From Halobacteriovoraceae bacterium (GTDB lineage Bacteria; Bdellovibrionota; Bacteriovoracia; Bacteriovoracales; Bacteriovoracaceae), in contig JABGVH010000199.1 in assembly GCA_018646195.1 (NCBI GenBank), positions 8,619 through 72,618 of the forward strand: a stretch of DNA of 64,000 nucleotides, read 5' to 3'. The notes under the pieces are model-generated. The model saw only the letters and a list, made by a program, of their open reading frames with translations, was not told where the DNA came from and made no database searches. Made by a program: the position numbers and the translations under genes. Positions 20,278 through 28,366 of the stretch are shown in pieces. Numbering within the stretch: the first letter of the stretch is position 1; the number at the start of each line of letters is the position of its first letter.

Positions 20278-21039
20278 ATGAAAGCGAGACAACTAATTCT
20301 TCTTTTCCTCCTCTTACTCATTCCTGCTCTTGGACAATCACAAGATTGGAAAAATGACGACGTCGATTCAAAAGACTTGGAAGCATTAAAAAATCCATGG
20401 GCCAAAGACATCAAAGATGAAAGCCTTCTAAAAGTTCGTGATGCCGACCGAGGTATTCTCTTTCAAGATTACAATACCCAATTCGACAGATACTTAGTGG
20501 CCGCGCATGGGCTGATTAATATGGACCTGCAAAATGCTGCTGACATGATTACTGCCGAGGCCACCTGGTCAAAAAAGTTTGACCTGGCCTGGATTCAGCT
20601 ATGGGGAAACCGTTCAACCGGGAAATTTAGAGAGTTCGGCCGCGTCAATTCCAATCTAACCACTGGAACCACCTTCACCAACGACGAAATATTAGAGGGG
20701 AATGCCACCGTCACTGGCATAGGAATCTCAATTGCTTATCGTACCTCATATGTCCGAAACCTCATTAAATCCGATAACTTATTCGAAACAATCTCTGTCG
20801 GAATTGGCCGCTACAATGCTGATGTGGAGCGCATAGATAAATCTTTTGCTGGTTGGGGCCTCAAAGCCGACTTCGGAATTCACAGAAGGACTTCTCAAAA
20901 AATACATTATGGTTTAAAAATGAGTTATAACTTGGCTGAGCTAAAACACTCACAAGAATTTGATACTCAAACTGGCAGTGCTCGATCCCTTTTAATGACC
21001 TGGATTGGGTTAGGATTTGAATTCGCCTTCTACTTTTAG
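20278..21039 (+). CDS. Putative outer-membrane beta-barrel protein
   Basis: Starts 1 nt after the TolC-like stop. It has a signal peptide and an alternating-strand pattern, and ends ...WIGLGFEFAFYF (aromatic C-terminus typical of OM barrels). Confidence 0.45.
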   Translation: MKARQLILLFLLLLIPALGQSQDWKNDDVDSKDLEALKNPWAKDIKDESLLKVRDADRGILFQDYNTQFDRYLVAAHGLINMDLQNAADMITAEATWSKKFDLAWIQLWGNRSTGKFREFGRVNSNLTTGTTFTNDEILEGNATVTGIGISIAYRTSYVRNLIKSDNLFETISVGIGRYNADVERIDKSFAGWGLKADFGIHRRTSQKIHYGLKMSYNLAELKHSQEFDTQTGSARSLLMTWIGLGFEFAFYF

Positions 21040-21064
21040 TCTGCCCTTCTTTTAAGGTATTCAC

Positions 21065-22381
21065 ATGATTTCACGCTATGACAAAGAAGAAATTTCTCGC
21101 ATCTGGAAAGATGAGAATAAATTTAATACTTACTTAAGGGCCGAACTTGCAATATTAGAGGCCATCGAAGGCGACAAGATACCTAAGGGGACTTGTCAAA
21201 AAATTCGAGAGGTCGCCGTTATCAATGCTCAGAGGATTGAGGAAATCGAGGCCATTACCCGGCATGATGTGATTGCTTTTTGTAGCTCAATCACAGAGAA
21301 CTTAGACCCTGAGGTTGGCAAGTATTTTCACTTTGGTGTCACTTCTTCTGACATAATCGATACGGCACTAACTCTGCAAATTAAAGAATCATTAGAATTA
21401 ATCCTCCCACAATTCAAAGAACTTCTAGTTAGTCTAAAAGCTCGCGCCGTCGAAATGAAAGATGTAATGGCGATGGGACGCTCTCATGGGATGTATGCTG
21501 AACCATTAAGCTTTGGCCAAAAACTGTTAGGGCACTATAACGAATTTTCTCGTCGCTATAAAGAGCTCCTAGAATTCTATGAAAATGAACTAACTATCCA
21601 ATTTTCAGGGGCAGTAGGAAACTATACCATCCTCACGCCTGAACAAGAACTACAAGCCGCCAACACCCTCGGAGTCAAAGTCGAGCCCCATTCGACCCAA
21701 GTTATTCCAAGAGACCGCATAGCCAAACTAGTGGGCATTAACGCATTAACCGGAGCAGCAATTGAAAGAATTGCCGTGGAGATCCGCCATCTTCATCGCT
21801 CAGAAGTTAATGAACTTCATGAAGGCTTCGCTAAAGGACAAAAAGGCTCCTCGACAATGCCGCATAAGAAAAATCCTATTTCGGGCGAGAATTTAACTGG
21901 AATGGCGCGAATGCTGCGCTCTCATAATTTGATCGCATTAGATAATATTGTACTTTGGCATGAAAGAGATATTTCGCATTCCTCTGCTGAGCGCTTTTAC
22001 CTTCCTGATAATTTCGGCATATTATTTTATGCCTTAGGAAGACTCAAAAACACAGTCGATAATTTAGCATTCCATAATGAGGTCATAGAGGACCGAGTAA
22101 ATCGTACTGCCACATACCTCTCTAGCTATTACCTTCATCATCTAATTCAAAAAACTGATTTTTCCAGAGATGATCTTTACAAAGTTGTTCAGGAGGCCGC
22201 GTTTTCCGGTGGCCAAAGTAATACTGCTGAAGATTTTCATAAAATACTTATGGGATTAATGGAGATTAAAGGAATTACGTTGGATTTACCCAAACCTGAC
22301 TTAGACGAAATAAAAAGAATTTTTACCAGCCAGGTTGATAACGTTTTTAAGCGCTCTTTAAAGGCTTATCCTTTAGACTAG
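21065..22381 (+). CDS. purB: Adenylosuccinate lyase
   Basis: Fumarate-lyase signature GSSTMPHKKNP and a PurB-type N-terminus MISRYDKEEISRIWKDENKF. 438 aa. Confidence 0.95.
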   Translation: MISRYDKEEISRIWKDENKFNTYLRAELAILEAIEGDKIPKGTCQKIREVAVINAQRIEEIEAITRHDVIAFCSSITENLDPEVGKYFHFGVTSSDIIDTALTLQIKESLELILPQFKELLVSLKARAVEMKDVMAMGRSHGMYAEPLSFGQKLLGHYNEFSRRYKELLEFYENELTIQFSGAVGNYTILTPEQELQAANTLGVKVEPHSTQVIPRDRIAKLVGINALTGAAIERIAVEIRHLHRSEVNELHEGFAKGQKGSSTMPHKKNPISGENLTGMARMLRSHNLIALDNIVLWHERDISHSSAERFYLPDNFGILFYALGRLKNTVDNLAFHNEVIEDRVNRTATYLSSYYLHHLIQKTDFSRDDLYKVVQEAAFSGGQSNTAEDFHKILMGLMEIKGITLDLPKPDLDEIKRIFTSQVDNVFKRSLKAYPLD

Positions 22382-22538
22382 TATTATTATCAAGAAAATG
22401 CAGCTCTTCGAGTTTACTCAGAGAGGTACGTAAATTCTCAATTGATTCAAGAGTCAGCTCCCCATGCTTTGTTAGCAGGTTCATATCAATACTTTGTTGG
22501 AAAATATCATTCGCAATTTTTCTCATCTCTTTCTTCAT
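22347..22538 (-). CDS. Small hypothetical protein (63 aa from the internal ATG)
   Basis: The ORF track gives 22347..22589. The ATG at 22538 is preceded by AGGAGG (22548..22543) at 4-nt spacing. The 3' end overlaps the purB end by 35 nt (convergent). Confidence 0.3.
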   Translation of the reverse strand: MKKEMRKIANDIFQQSIDMNLLTKHGELTLESIENLRTSLSKLEELHFLDNNTSLKDKPLKSA

Positions 22539-22764
22539 TCTTCCTCCTGAATCCAAATTAATGAGCCTCCTGCCCATCGGGTGATTCATTTTAAACTAAA
22601 CCAAAAAAACTTAAAAATATAATTATTCTATAGACCACATTCTTGACCCAAGTACTTTTTACCTCACAATTAAGTGACATAAGCCTAACTTACTGTTTTC
22701 CATTTAATGACATCTTAATGGTGGTCGCTAGGCATACTTAGAAATGTAGAAAGTAACAATCGGA

Positions 22765-22965
22765 GTGAAAATGAAACTACAAAATAAAACTAAAAACCAA
22801 TATGTCCTTTTCTTTATGGTGGCGGGTGTTATGTCGCTCGCCTCTTGTACAACTACCACTACTAAAATAGTCAACAAAACCAAGGAGGAAGGTTTATCAC
22901 AACAAACGTCTCAAAGTTTCAAGGTTCCTATGTTTTGGAAAAAGGAACTCGTCAACAAAACCTAA
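22765..22965 (+). CDS. Small lipoprotein, unknown function
   Basis: 66 aa with the lipobox MVAGVMSLASC followed by a Thr run. A hairpin plus T-run terminator follows. Confidence 0.4.
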   Translation: MKMKLQNKTKNQYVLFFMVAGVMSLASCTTTTTKIVNKTKEEGLSQQTSQSFKVPMFWKKELVNKT

Positions 22966-23004
22966 GAAAAGGCATACTCCGACGCATCTCCCTCATTCGT
23001 CCTA

Positions 23005-23030
23005 GGCCCCCTTAACAGGGGGTCTTTTTT
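23005..23030 (+). terminator. Rho-independent terminator candidate
   Basis: GGCCCCC (23005-23011), loop TTAACA, GGGGGTC (23018-23024), then TTTTTT (23025-23030). It sits between the convergent small lipoprotein gene and the manC-like stop at 23029. Confidence 0.5.
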
Positions 23031-24102
23031 ATACCAAATCTGAGTTTTGCTCTTTAAGTTGTGCAACAATTTTTTTAATATCTTGTGAACGGGATTTAGG
23101 CAGAACCACCACAGATTTACCATTTGAAACGACGATCAAGTCTTCAACTCCAATCAACGAAACATGCATTCCTGGAGCAAAGGCAATATTTCCACTAGCA
23201 TCTAATTGAAAGTGACCATTGTCTGCAACCCAGGTATTTCCATCTTCGGAAGGAAGAACCGACTCGAGAGCATCCCAGGAACCTATATCATTCCAATCAA
23301 ATTCAGCGGGAACCACCATTACCTTATTCGACTTTTCCATCACTGCATAATCAATACTCTCAGCAGGGATCTGATCATAAACTTCGGCAATCCGTTGATC
23401 ATTTCCATGAGCACTAACCAGAGAATTAAAATGAGTAAACATTTCGGGTGCATGCCCATTGAACTCTTCTTTTAAGGTTCCTATGGTACTTACAAACATT
23501 CCCGCATTCCAAAAATAATTCCCATCAGCAAGATAAGTTTCCGCAGTCACTTTGTCTGGTTTCTCTACAAATTGATTGACCTCAAATACGCCATCAGTAT
23601 TACCATCACCGGCCTTAATATAACCAAATCCTGTATGGGGACTTTCGGGGGTAATCCCTATAGTAACTATTTTGCCTTCACTTCTAGCAGCAGCGCTGGC
23701 CTTCTCTATTGTCTTTTGAAATCCTGAAGTATTTTTAATTACGTGGTCACTAGTTACAATACTGACTACATCCTCATCTCTTGCGCCCTCTGCAACAAGT
23801 GAAGCGAGAGCTAAAAGTATGCAGGGAGCCGTGTTACGACCAGCGGGTTCGAAAATAAAGTTTTTTGGATTAATTTCGCCTTCAGAACATTCTTTCGCCA
23901 AACTTTCTTGCATTTTAACGGTCACAATATAACGCTTATCAGTTCCAATCAAATCTCCAAAACGAGAAAGAGAGGCATGCAATAACGATTTTTCACTTAC
24001 AAGTGAAAGGTATTGCTTTGGTTTTTTTGAAGTGGACTCAGGCCAGAATCGAGTTCCCTGCCCACCGGCCATAACTAGACCATAGAGAGTATACTGGCTC
24101 AT
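23029..24102 (-). CDS. manC: Mannose-1-phosphate guanylyltransferase (GDP-mannose pyrophosphorylase, no isomerase domain)
   Basis: Nucleotidyltransferase motif GLVMAGGQGTRFWPESTSKKPKQYL, plus FVEKPD and WNAGMF motifs. 357 aa. Confidence 0.85.
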   Translation of the reverse strand: MSQYTLYGLVMAGGQGTRFWPESTSKKPKQYLSLVSEKSLLHASLSRFGDLIGTDKRYIVTVKMQESLAKECSEGEINPKNFIFEPAGRNTAPCILLALASLVAEGARDEDVVSIVTSDHVIKNTSGFQKTIEKASAAARSEGKIVTIGITPESPHTGFGYIKAGDGNTDGVFEVNQFVEKPDKVTAETYLADGNYFWNAGMFVSTIGTLKEEFNGHAPEMFTHFNSLVSAHGNDQRIAEVYDQIPAESIDYAVMEKSNKVMVVPAEFDWNDIGSWDALESVLPSEDGNTWVADNGHFQLDASGNIAFAPGMHVSLIGVEDLIVVSNGKSVVVLPKSRSQDIKKIVAQLKEQNSDLV

Positions 24103-24125
24103 ACCAGCTCCTTGTATTTTAAGAT

Positions 24126-24830
24126 TTAATCAAATTGAATAAAAACGTAGTCTTGTCCCATAAAGAGTTCTTTTTCTTTTAGCACATACTCTTTAGTTTC
24201 GGCCAGATTGGCAAAGACGCCTAAGCTAACTCGGTACCAGGTTCCACGGGACTTAACTTCGACTTCGTTAATTATTGGATTGTATCCCCTTATCTTAAAA
24301 GCTTTCGCAAACTCTTCTGCTTCGTTAAGGGTTCTATGAGATGAAAGTTGAATTGTGTATTTCCCGCTGTATTTATCACGTGTAGAGGAAGGCGGTGCAT
24401 TTTCGGGTGTTGATTCAGTGACTGGTATTACAATTTTCTTGGGATTTTCTATCTTGGCAACCGGCTCAATCGCCTTTGCCGGGATTATTTCATTTTTTTT
24501 TTGAGTCTCTGCCGCAGCTGCCGCTTCCTCTTGAGTAAATTCACGCTCAATTTTCTTTCTTAGGTTGTCGTGCATTTCCTGCTGAAGCTCTTGCGGAGTC
24601 TTTTCACCTGGACGATCTTCCTCCATTTGCTTATGTACTTTTTCTTCCTGGCCAGAAAGAAGGTCCACTTTTTCACGATCTTCAGTCGTGAAGCCTTCTC
24701 TTTGAAATGAAAATTTCTTGCCTACCTTAACACCAAACACAAAAGAGGTTGTGGCTATTAACAGCATAAAAAGGAAAATCAGAAAGACTTCCTTTTTGGC
24801 AAATACAAATAGTTTTGCTTTTTCGTCCAT
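24126..24830 (-). CDS. SPOR domain-containing membrane protein
   Basis: N-terminal TM segment, a Glu/Lys/Pro-rich linker, and a C-terminal SPOR-like module YTIQLSSHRTLNEAEEFAKAFKIRGYNPIINEVEVKSRGTWYRVSLGVFANLAETKE. Confidence 0.75.
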   Translation of the reverse strand: MDEKAKLFVFAKKEVFLIFLFMLLIATTSFVFGVKVGKKFSFQREGFTTEDREKVDLLSGQEEKVHKQMEEDRPGEKTPQELQQEMHDNLRKKIEREFTQEEAAAAAETQKKNEIIPAKAIEPVAKIENPKKIVIPVTESTPENAPPSSTRDKYSGKYTIQLSSHRTLNEAEEFAKAFKIRGYNPIINEVEVKSRGTWYRVSLGVFANLAETKEYVLKEKELFMGQDYVFIQFD

Positions 24831-24950
24831 ACAGTAATTTTAAGGGTATACGCGATTTGATGCAAAAGCTTTCTGGACCGAATTTAGTTCCTTAAAGGAC
24901 TTTTAATACCAGACGATATTCCTAACCTATTAAATAAGGGTTTATTTTCT

Positions 24951-24966
24951 TGGCATCATTCTGGCA
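24951..24966 (+). promoter_or_regulatory. Sigma-54 (-24/-12) type promoter candidate upstream of flp
   Basis: TGGCATCATTCTGGCA matches TGGCAC-N5-TTGCA with correct GG-to-GC spacing (G24952 to G24964 = 12 nt). It lies 39 nt upstream of the flp ATG. The SD GGAGG is at 24991-24995. Confidence 0.35.
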
Positions 24967-25004
24967 TCAATGCCCATCGTAGTTTCAATAGGAGGACTTC
25001 AAGC

Positions 25005-25187
25005 ATGCTAAAAGTAATTCGAGGAAAATTTAAGTCAGAGAAAGGCCAGGGTGTCATGGAATACATCATAATCTCAAGCTTAGTGGGAATATTTTGCCTG
25101 GTCGCAGTAAAGCAATTTGGAAATGTAGTTCAAAAACGTGTTTTAAATATGAAAGAGCAAATAGTTGAGAATATTCCAGTTAACTAA
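25005..25187 (+). CDS. flp: Flp-family type IVb pilin
   Basis: 60 aa. The leader ends at ...SEKG, followed by QGVM-EY and a hydrophobic helix (EYIIISSLVGIFCLVAV). This is the G-x4-EY Flp motif. A strong SD lies upstream. Confidence 0.7.
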   Translation: MLKVIRGKFKSEKGQGVMEYIIISSLVGIFCLVAVKQFGNVVQKRVLNMKEQIVENIPVN

Positions 25188-25483
25188 TGTCTATTATAAC
25201 TCAACTTGGATTCATCTCATTGGCGCTTTGGTGTGTTTTCCAAATTACTGAAAGCATTACCGATTCTCTTTGTAATCAAAAATTTTGGTCTAAATCCATA
25301 AGAACGCATCTCTCCTCTTTTCATGTCACGAAAAGAAAGAGGTTTCATTTTAAATCATGCAATAGACATGAAACATTAATCAGAAAAATAAATACTTTTC
25401 AGAGCAAAAGTACCTCCAAAAGTAAAAAATCATTTAGCATTTTTATTGCTACGAAAACGGGGCTTGATGCATATAAGAAGTGA
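25187..25483 (+). CDS. Small membrane protein, unknown function (Tad operon member)
   Basis: The ATG overlaps the flp stop (TAATG at 25185-25189). It has one hydrophobic segment (LGFISLALWCVF) and a basic tail. No family recognised. Confidence 0.35.
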   Translation: MSIITQLGFISLALWCVFQITESITDSLCNQKFWSKSIRTHLSSFHVTKRKRFHFKSCNRHETLIRKINTFQSKSTSKSKKSFSIFIATKTGLDAYKK

Positions 25484-26078
25484 AAGAGGTAGTATAACTT
25501 TCCTTGGACTATTATTCGCCTTATTCATAGTAAGCTCTACTTTGATCCACTTGTATACACTTTCACAACTACACATCAAAACACGAAATAAAATTAAGAT
25601 ATACCTATGTTTCAAAAGACAGATTAAATTAACAAAAAATTATCTAAGTAAGATGGGGAAACTAAATAAGCTAATCAGTTATTCCTACAAGGCATCTTTT
25701 ATTCCAGCCACGTCAGCAATTTCAAAAGTGACCCACAAGTCACTAATAATATCTCAGCGAATATTTCATGCATCAGTTTTGAAAAACATATCACTTCTAA
25801 AAGATTGTCCCTTTACTAGCCGAGTTAATCACCTTAGATCTTTGCCTTACCAACGTCGATTAGGAATATTTCTCAAACGACATTTAGATGGTACTGCGAA
25901 ACTGAGAACTCATAGATGGAAAATGAAAACAAGTCATTCAATACTCAATTTTTATCTTCAAGTAGATATGAAAGTAAAAAATCGATTTTCAAATTCTCTT
26001 TTCGCTACAAAAACAAAAGAAGTTCGGAAAAGGGTGAAGCCATACTTGAATGGATGGTCTGGATTTCATTTCTATTAA
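25446..26078 (+). CDS. TadE/TadG-like pseudopilin candidate
   Basis: The N-terminus MHIRSERGSITFLGLLFALFIVSS resembles the TadE-like leader plus hydrophobic helix. The likely start is the ATG at 25467. The rest is basic and unassignable. Confidence 0.4.
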   Translation: MLRKRGLMHIRSERGSITFLGLLFALFIVSSTLIHLYTLSQLHIKTRNKIKIYLCFKRQIKLTKNYLSKMGKLNKLISYSYKASFIPATSAISKVTHKSLIISQRIFHASVLKNISLLKDCPFTSRVNHLRSLPYQRRLGIFLKRHLDGTAKLRTHRWKMKTSHSILNFYLQVDMKVKNRFSNSLFATKTKEVRKRVKPYLNGWSGFHFY

Positions 26079-26179
26079 CTTTATTACTATTTAATTTAGA
26101 TATACATCAAAAATTTAAATCTAAGAGAGTTTCATTACAAAGGAGTTTTGAGCTTGAATGGGATAATATCAAGCCCTAA
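25916..26179 (+). CDS. Second TadE-like pseudopilin candidate
   Basis: Contains SSEKGEAILEWMVWISFLLTLLLF (TadE-type motif). It overlaps the previous ORF by 163 nt in another frame. No alternative ATG/GTG/TTG start lies closer to the motif. Confidence 0.3.
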   Translation: MENENKSFNTQFLSSSRYESKKSIFKFSFRYKNKRSSEKGEAILEWMVWISFLLTLLLFNLDIHQKFKSKRVSLQRSFELEWDNIKP

Positions 26180-26606
26180 AAAGGCAATCCAAATTTTAAA
26201 ATTACGATTCTCCCTAGCGATACTAATTAGCAACCTGTCATTGGCAATATTGCTGTGGCCGAGCAAACGGCCGCTAATCGTACAATCAAACCCAAAGAAA
26301 CTCAGACCTGGGCATAATTTAATTACCCTGCCTCTGAAAAACTTCGTCCCCTTTCAGACCGGTCAAAAAGAGGTAGCGGTAAGTCTATATAGTGATTCAA
26401 AAAAAATCATAGTCCCTAAAGCTTATGTCAAATCAAAGAAGATCTCTTCCAGCAATAATGAAAATATAATTTTTTTAGTAGAATTGCCTAGTAAGTACCT
26501 ATTAAAAATAATAGAGCTGAATTCAAAGTCATTATTTGCTTATCCACCGTCTAATATTTTAAAAACTAGCAAAAAAAGGAAATATAATTATGAATTTATA
26601 TTTTAA
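26148..26606 (+). CDS. Minimal CpaB/RcpC-like pilus assembly protein
   Basis: N-terminal TM segment (LAILISNLSLAILLW). The following pattern LITLPLKNFVPFQTGQKEVAVSLY...IIFLVELPSKYLLKIIELNSKSLFAYP resembles the RcpC C-terminal domain. An in-frame TTG at 26154 sits 8 nt after AGGAG. Confidence 0.4.
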   Translation: MSLNGIISSPKKAIQILKLRFSLAILISNLSLAILLWPSKRPLIVQSNPKKLRPGHNLITLPLKNFVPFQTGQKEVAVSLYSDSKKIIVPKAYVKSKKISSSNNENIIFLVELPSKYLLKIIELNSKSLFAYPPSNILKTSKKRKYNYEFIF

Positions 26607-26922
26607 CTTTTGGATTATACATTTTTTATTATTGGTTCTTTTGATTCAACCTATACATGGCCGAGAGGTTATATTGATCAATTTTGATCAGGATTCTTCT
26701 GAACCAAAGGCCCATAAAATACATCAGATCATTACGGAGAAACTTTCGATTCCAAAAGAGTTAGTCAAAACACAGAAAACAAAGGACCCCTGTGTTGAAC
26801 AAAGTCTTGTCTTCTTGCAAATATGTATCACAAACAAAGGACAGGTATATTATCCCGTAATTAAAAGGGCTGAACTAAAGCGGACATTTGCAGTTTTTTT
26901 GGAGGAAAGAAATGAAAATTAA
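26590..26922 (+). CDS. Small secreted protein, unknown function (Tad operon member)
   Basis: 110 aa with signal peptide MNLYFNFWIIHFLLLVLLIQPIHG and two Cys. It overlaps both neighbours. No family recognised. Confidence 0.35.
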   Translation: MNLYFNFWIIHFLLLVLLIQPIHGREVILINFDQDSSEPKAHKIHQIITEKLSIPKELVKTQKTKDPCVEQSLVFLQICITNKGQVYYPVIKRAELKRTFAVFLEERNEN

Positions 26923-28366
26923 AAAATTCTATTTCTCGTGGATCACAAACTTAGGAGTAGTTCCACGGTTTCTATCAGAAGCTTTTCTACGTTTACCAGC
27001 AGACTTTTTCTTATTGGCCCTGCGATTTTTTGTTACACGTGTATTTGAAACCATATCTAAACTCCTGAGAGATTTTAAAACTTTTAATAAGATCAAGTAT
27101 TTACCTATTTGGCTGCTTTCTGTCAATTGCGCGACAGCTGAAGTGCTAAGAAATCCGCAACATATTATAATCTCGAGAGGTGAGCACCGGGAAATCAGCG
27201 TCCCTAGACTGGAGAAATTCACTGTGGGGAATAATGACACGCTGTCCCATAAGCTTTTCAAAGTCCGCTCTATTCTTCTGATAAAAGGTAAAAAAATAGG
27301 TTACAGCGAAATTGTAATCTGGAAAAAGGGCTGAATTAAAGAAATTTATCGAGTCTATGTTCTCTCCAAAAAACAACACCTGAAACTACTTCATCTAGTT
27401 CAGGCACTCGAGGGACTAGGATTAAATACAGAACTCAAGGGTCCCCTGGTTCGAGTGTCTGGAGTGATAGCGAGCCTTCATGAGTATAAGTATATATTGC
27501 GCCTGAACAAAGAATGGAAAGACAAAATTCACTTCGAAGTTAGGCTTTCAAAAAAGCTTAGAAACCTAGTGATTGGCCGAGTTTATCATGCGATCCTCAG
27601 CGAGTTTATAGATGATATAGCCTGCCGAGCTGAAGGAATCAAAATTTTCTGCCATTATTCTGAATCTCAACCTCCTTCTCCATCAATTCGAAAACATCTT
27701 CAAAATTCATATGGCGTAAAATTTATATCTCTAAATAGAAATATTAAGTCAAAAAATTACAGATTACGTTTAAAATTAATACAAATTGAAAAACTAGATG
27801 GGGAAGAGATTTCTTTAGGCCTCGATCGACTATCGGGCTCATTAGATGAGCTTTTCAACTCTGGCGTAGAAGGAATAATTAGAAAAAATAAATTACTCTT
27901 AAGCCGTAGGCAAGTAAAAATTTCTACTTTGGCTGAACCACAATCTATCATGAGGTTGAATTCTCCTCTAGCAATTCAGGTTGGATCTCAAATCCCAATA
28001 AAGACTAAGAATGACCTTGCAGGCTTATCCACTACAGAATGGAAGTTTGTAGGTCTTAACATAAAAGTTATCGCAGAAAGGATTGGTGACAATTTTAAAA
28101 TAAAATATACTACTGAATTTTCACGGCCAGGAGAAGGAGGCTCTTTGACTGGCAGTAAAGAGATTTCAAGTGCAATAGTTCCATTAGGGAAAGCAGTCGA
28201 GCTCTTCCAGATAACATTTCAAACTAGTGGCGAAAATAACTCTAGACTTCCGTGGTTATCAAAGATCCCGCTGCTCGGAAAAATTTTTGAATCTAATTCT
28301 AAACAAGCAATATACAAGAATATAAGTGGTGTTGTTATTCTAGAGGATGTAAGTGAACCAATATAG
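26912..28366 (+). pseudogene. cpaC: CpaC/RcpA-type secretin interrupted by one in-frame TGA (27332-27334)
   Basis: ORFs 26888..27334 and 27455..28366 are in the same frame (567 nt apart), and nothing but one TGA separates them. Translation across it reads ...IGYSEIVIWKKG*IKEIYRVYVLSKKQHLKLL...VRVSGVIASLHEY. The upstream part matches the pilus N-terminal (T2SS-T3SS_pil_N type) domain. The downstream part carries the secretin signature LPWLSKIPLLGKIFESNSKQ. The ATG at 26912 follows GGAGGA at 5-nt spacing. Confidence 0.6.

Noticed and set aside
27332-27334. The in-frame TGA of the secretin read as evidence for an alternative genetic code (TGA=Trp) or for selenocysteine.
   Set aside because: Other genes here clearly terminate at TGA (for example the methyltransferase at 34730-34732 and the 97-aa ORF at 33501-33503). 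Trp is encoded by TGG throughout, and long ORFs are otherwise free of in-frame TGA. No stem-loop resembling a bacterial SECIS is visible immediately downstream (ATTAAAGAAATTTATCGAGTC...).
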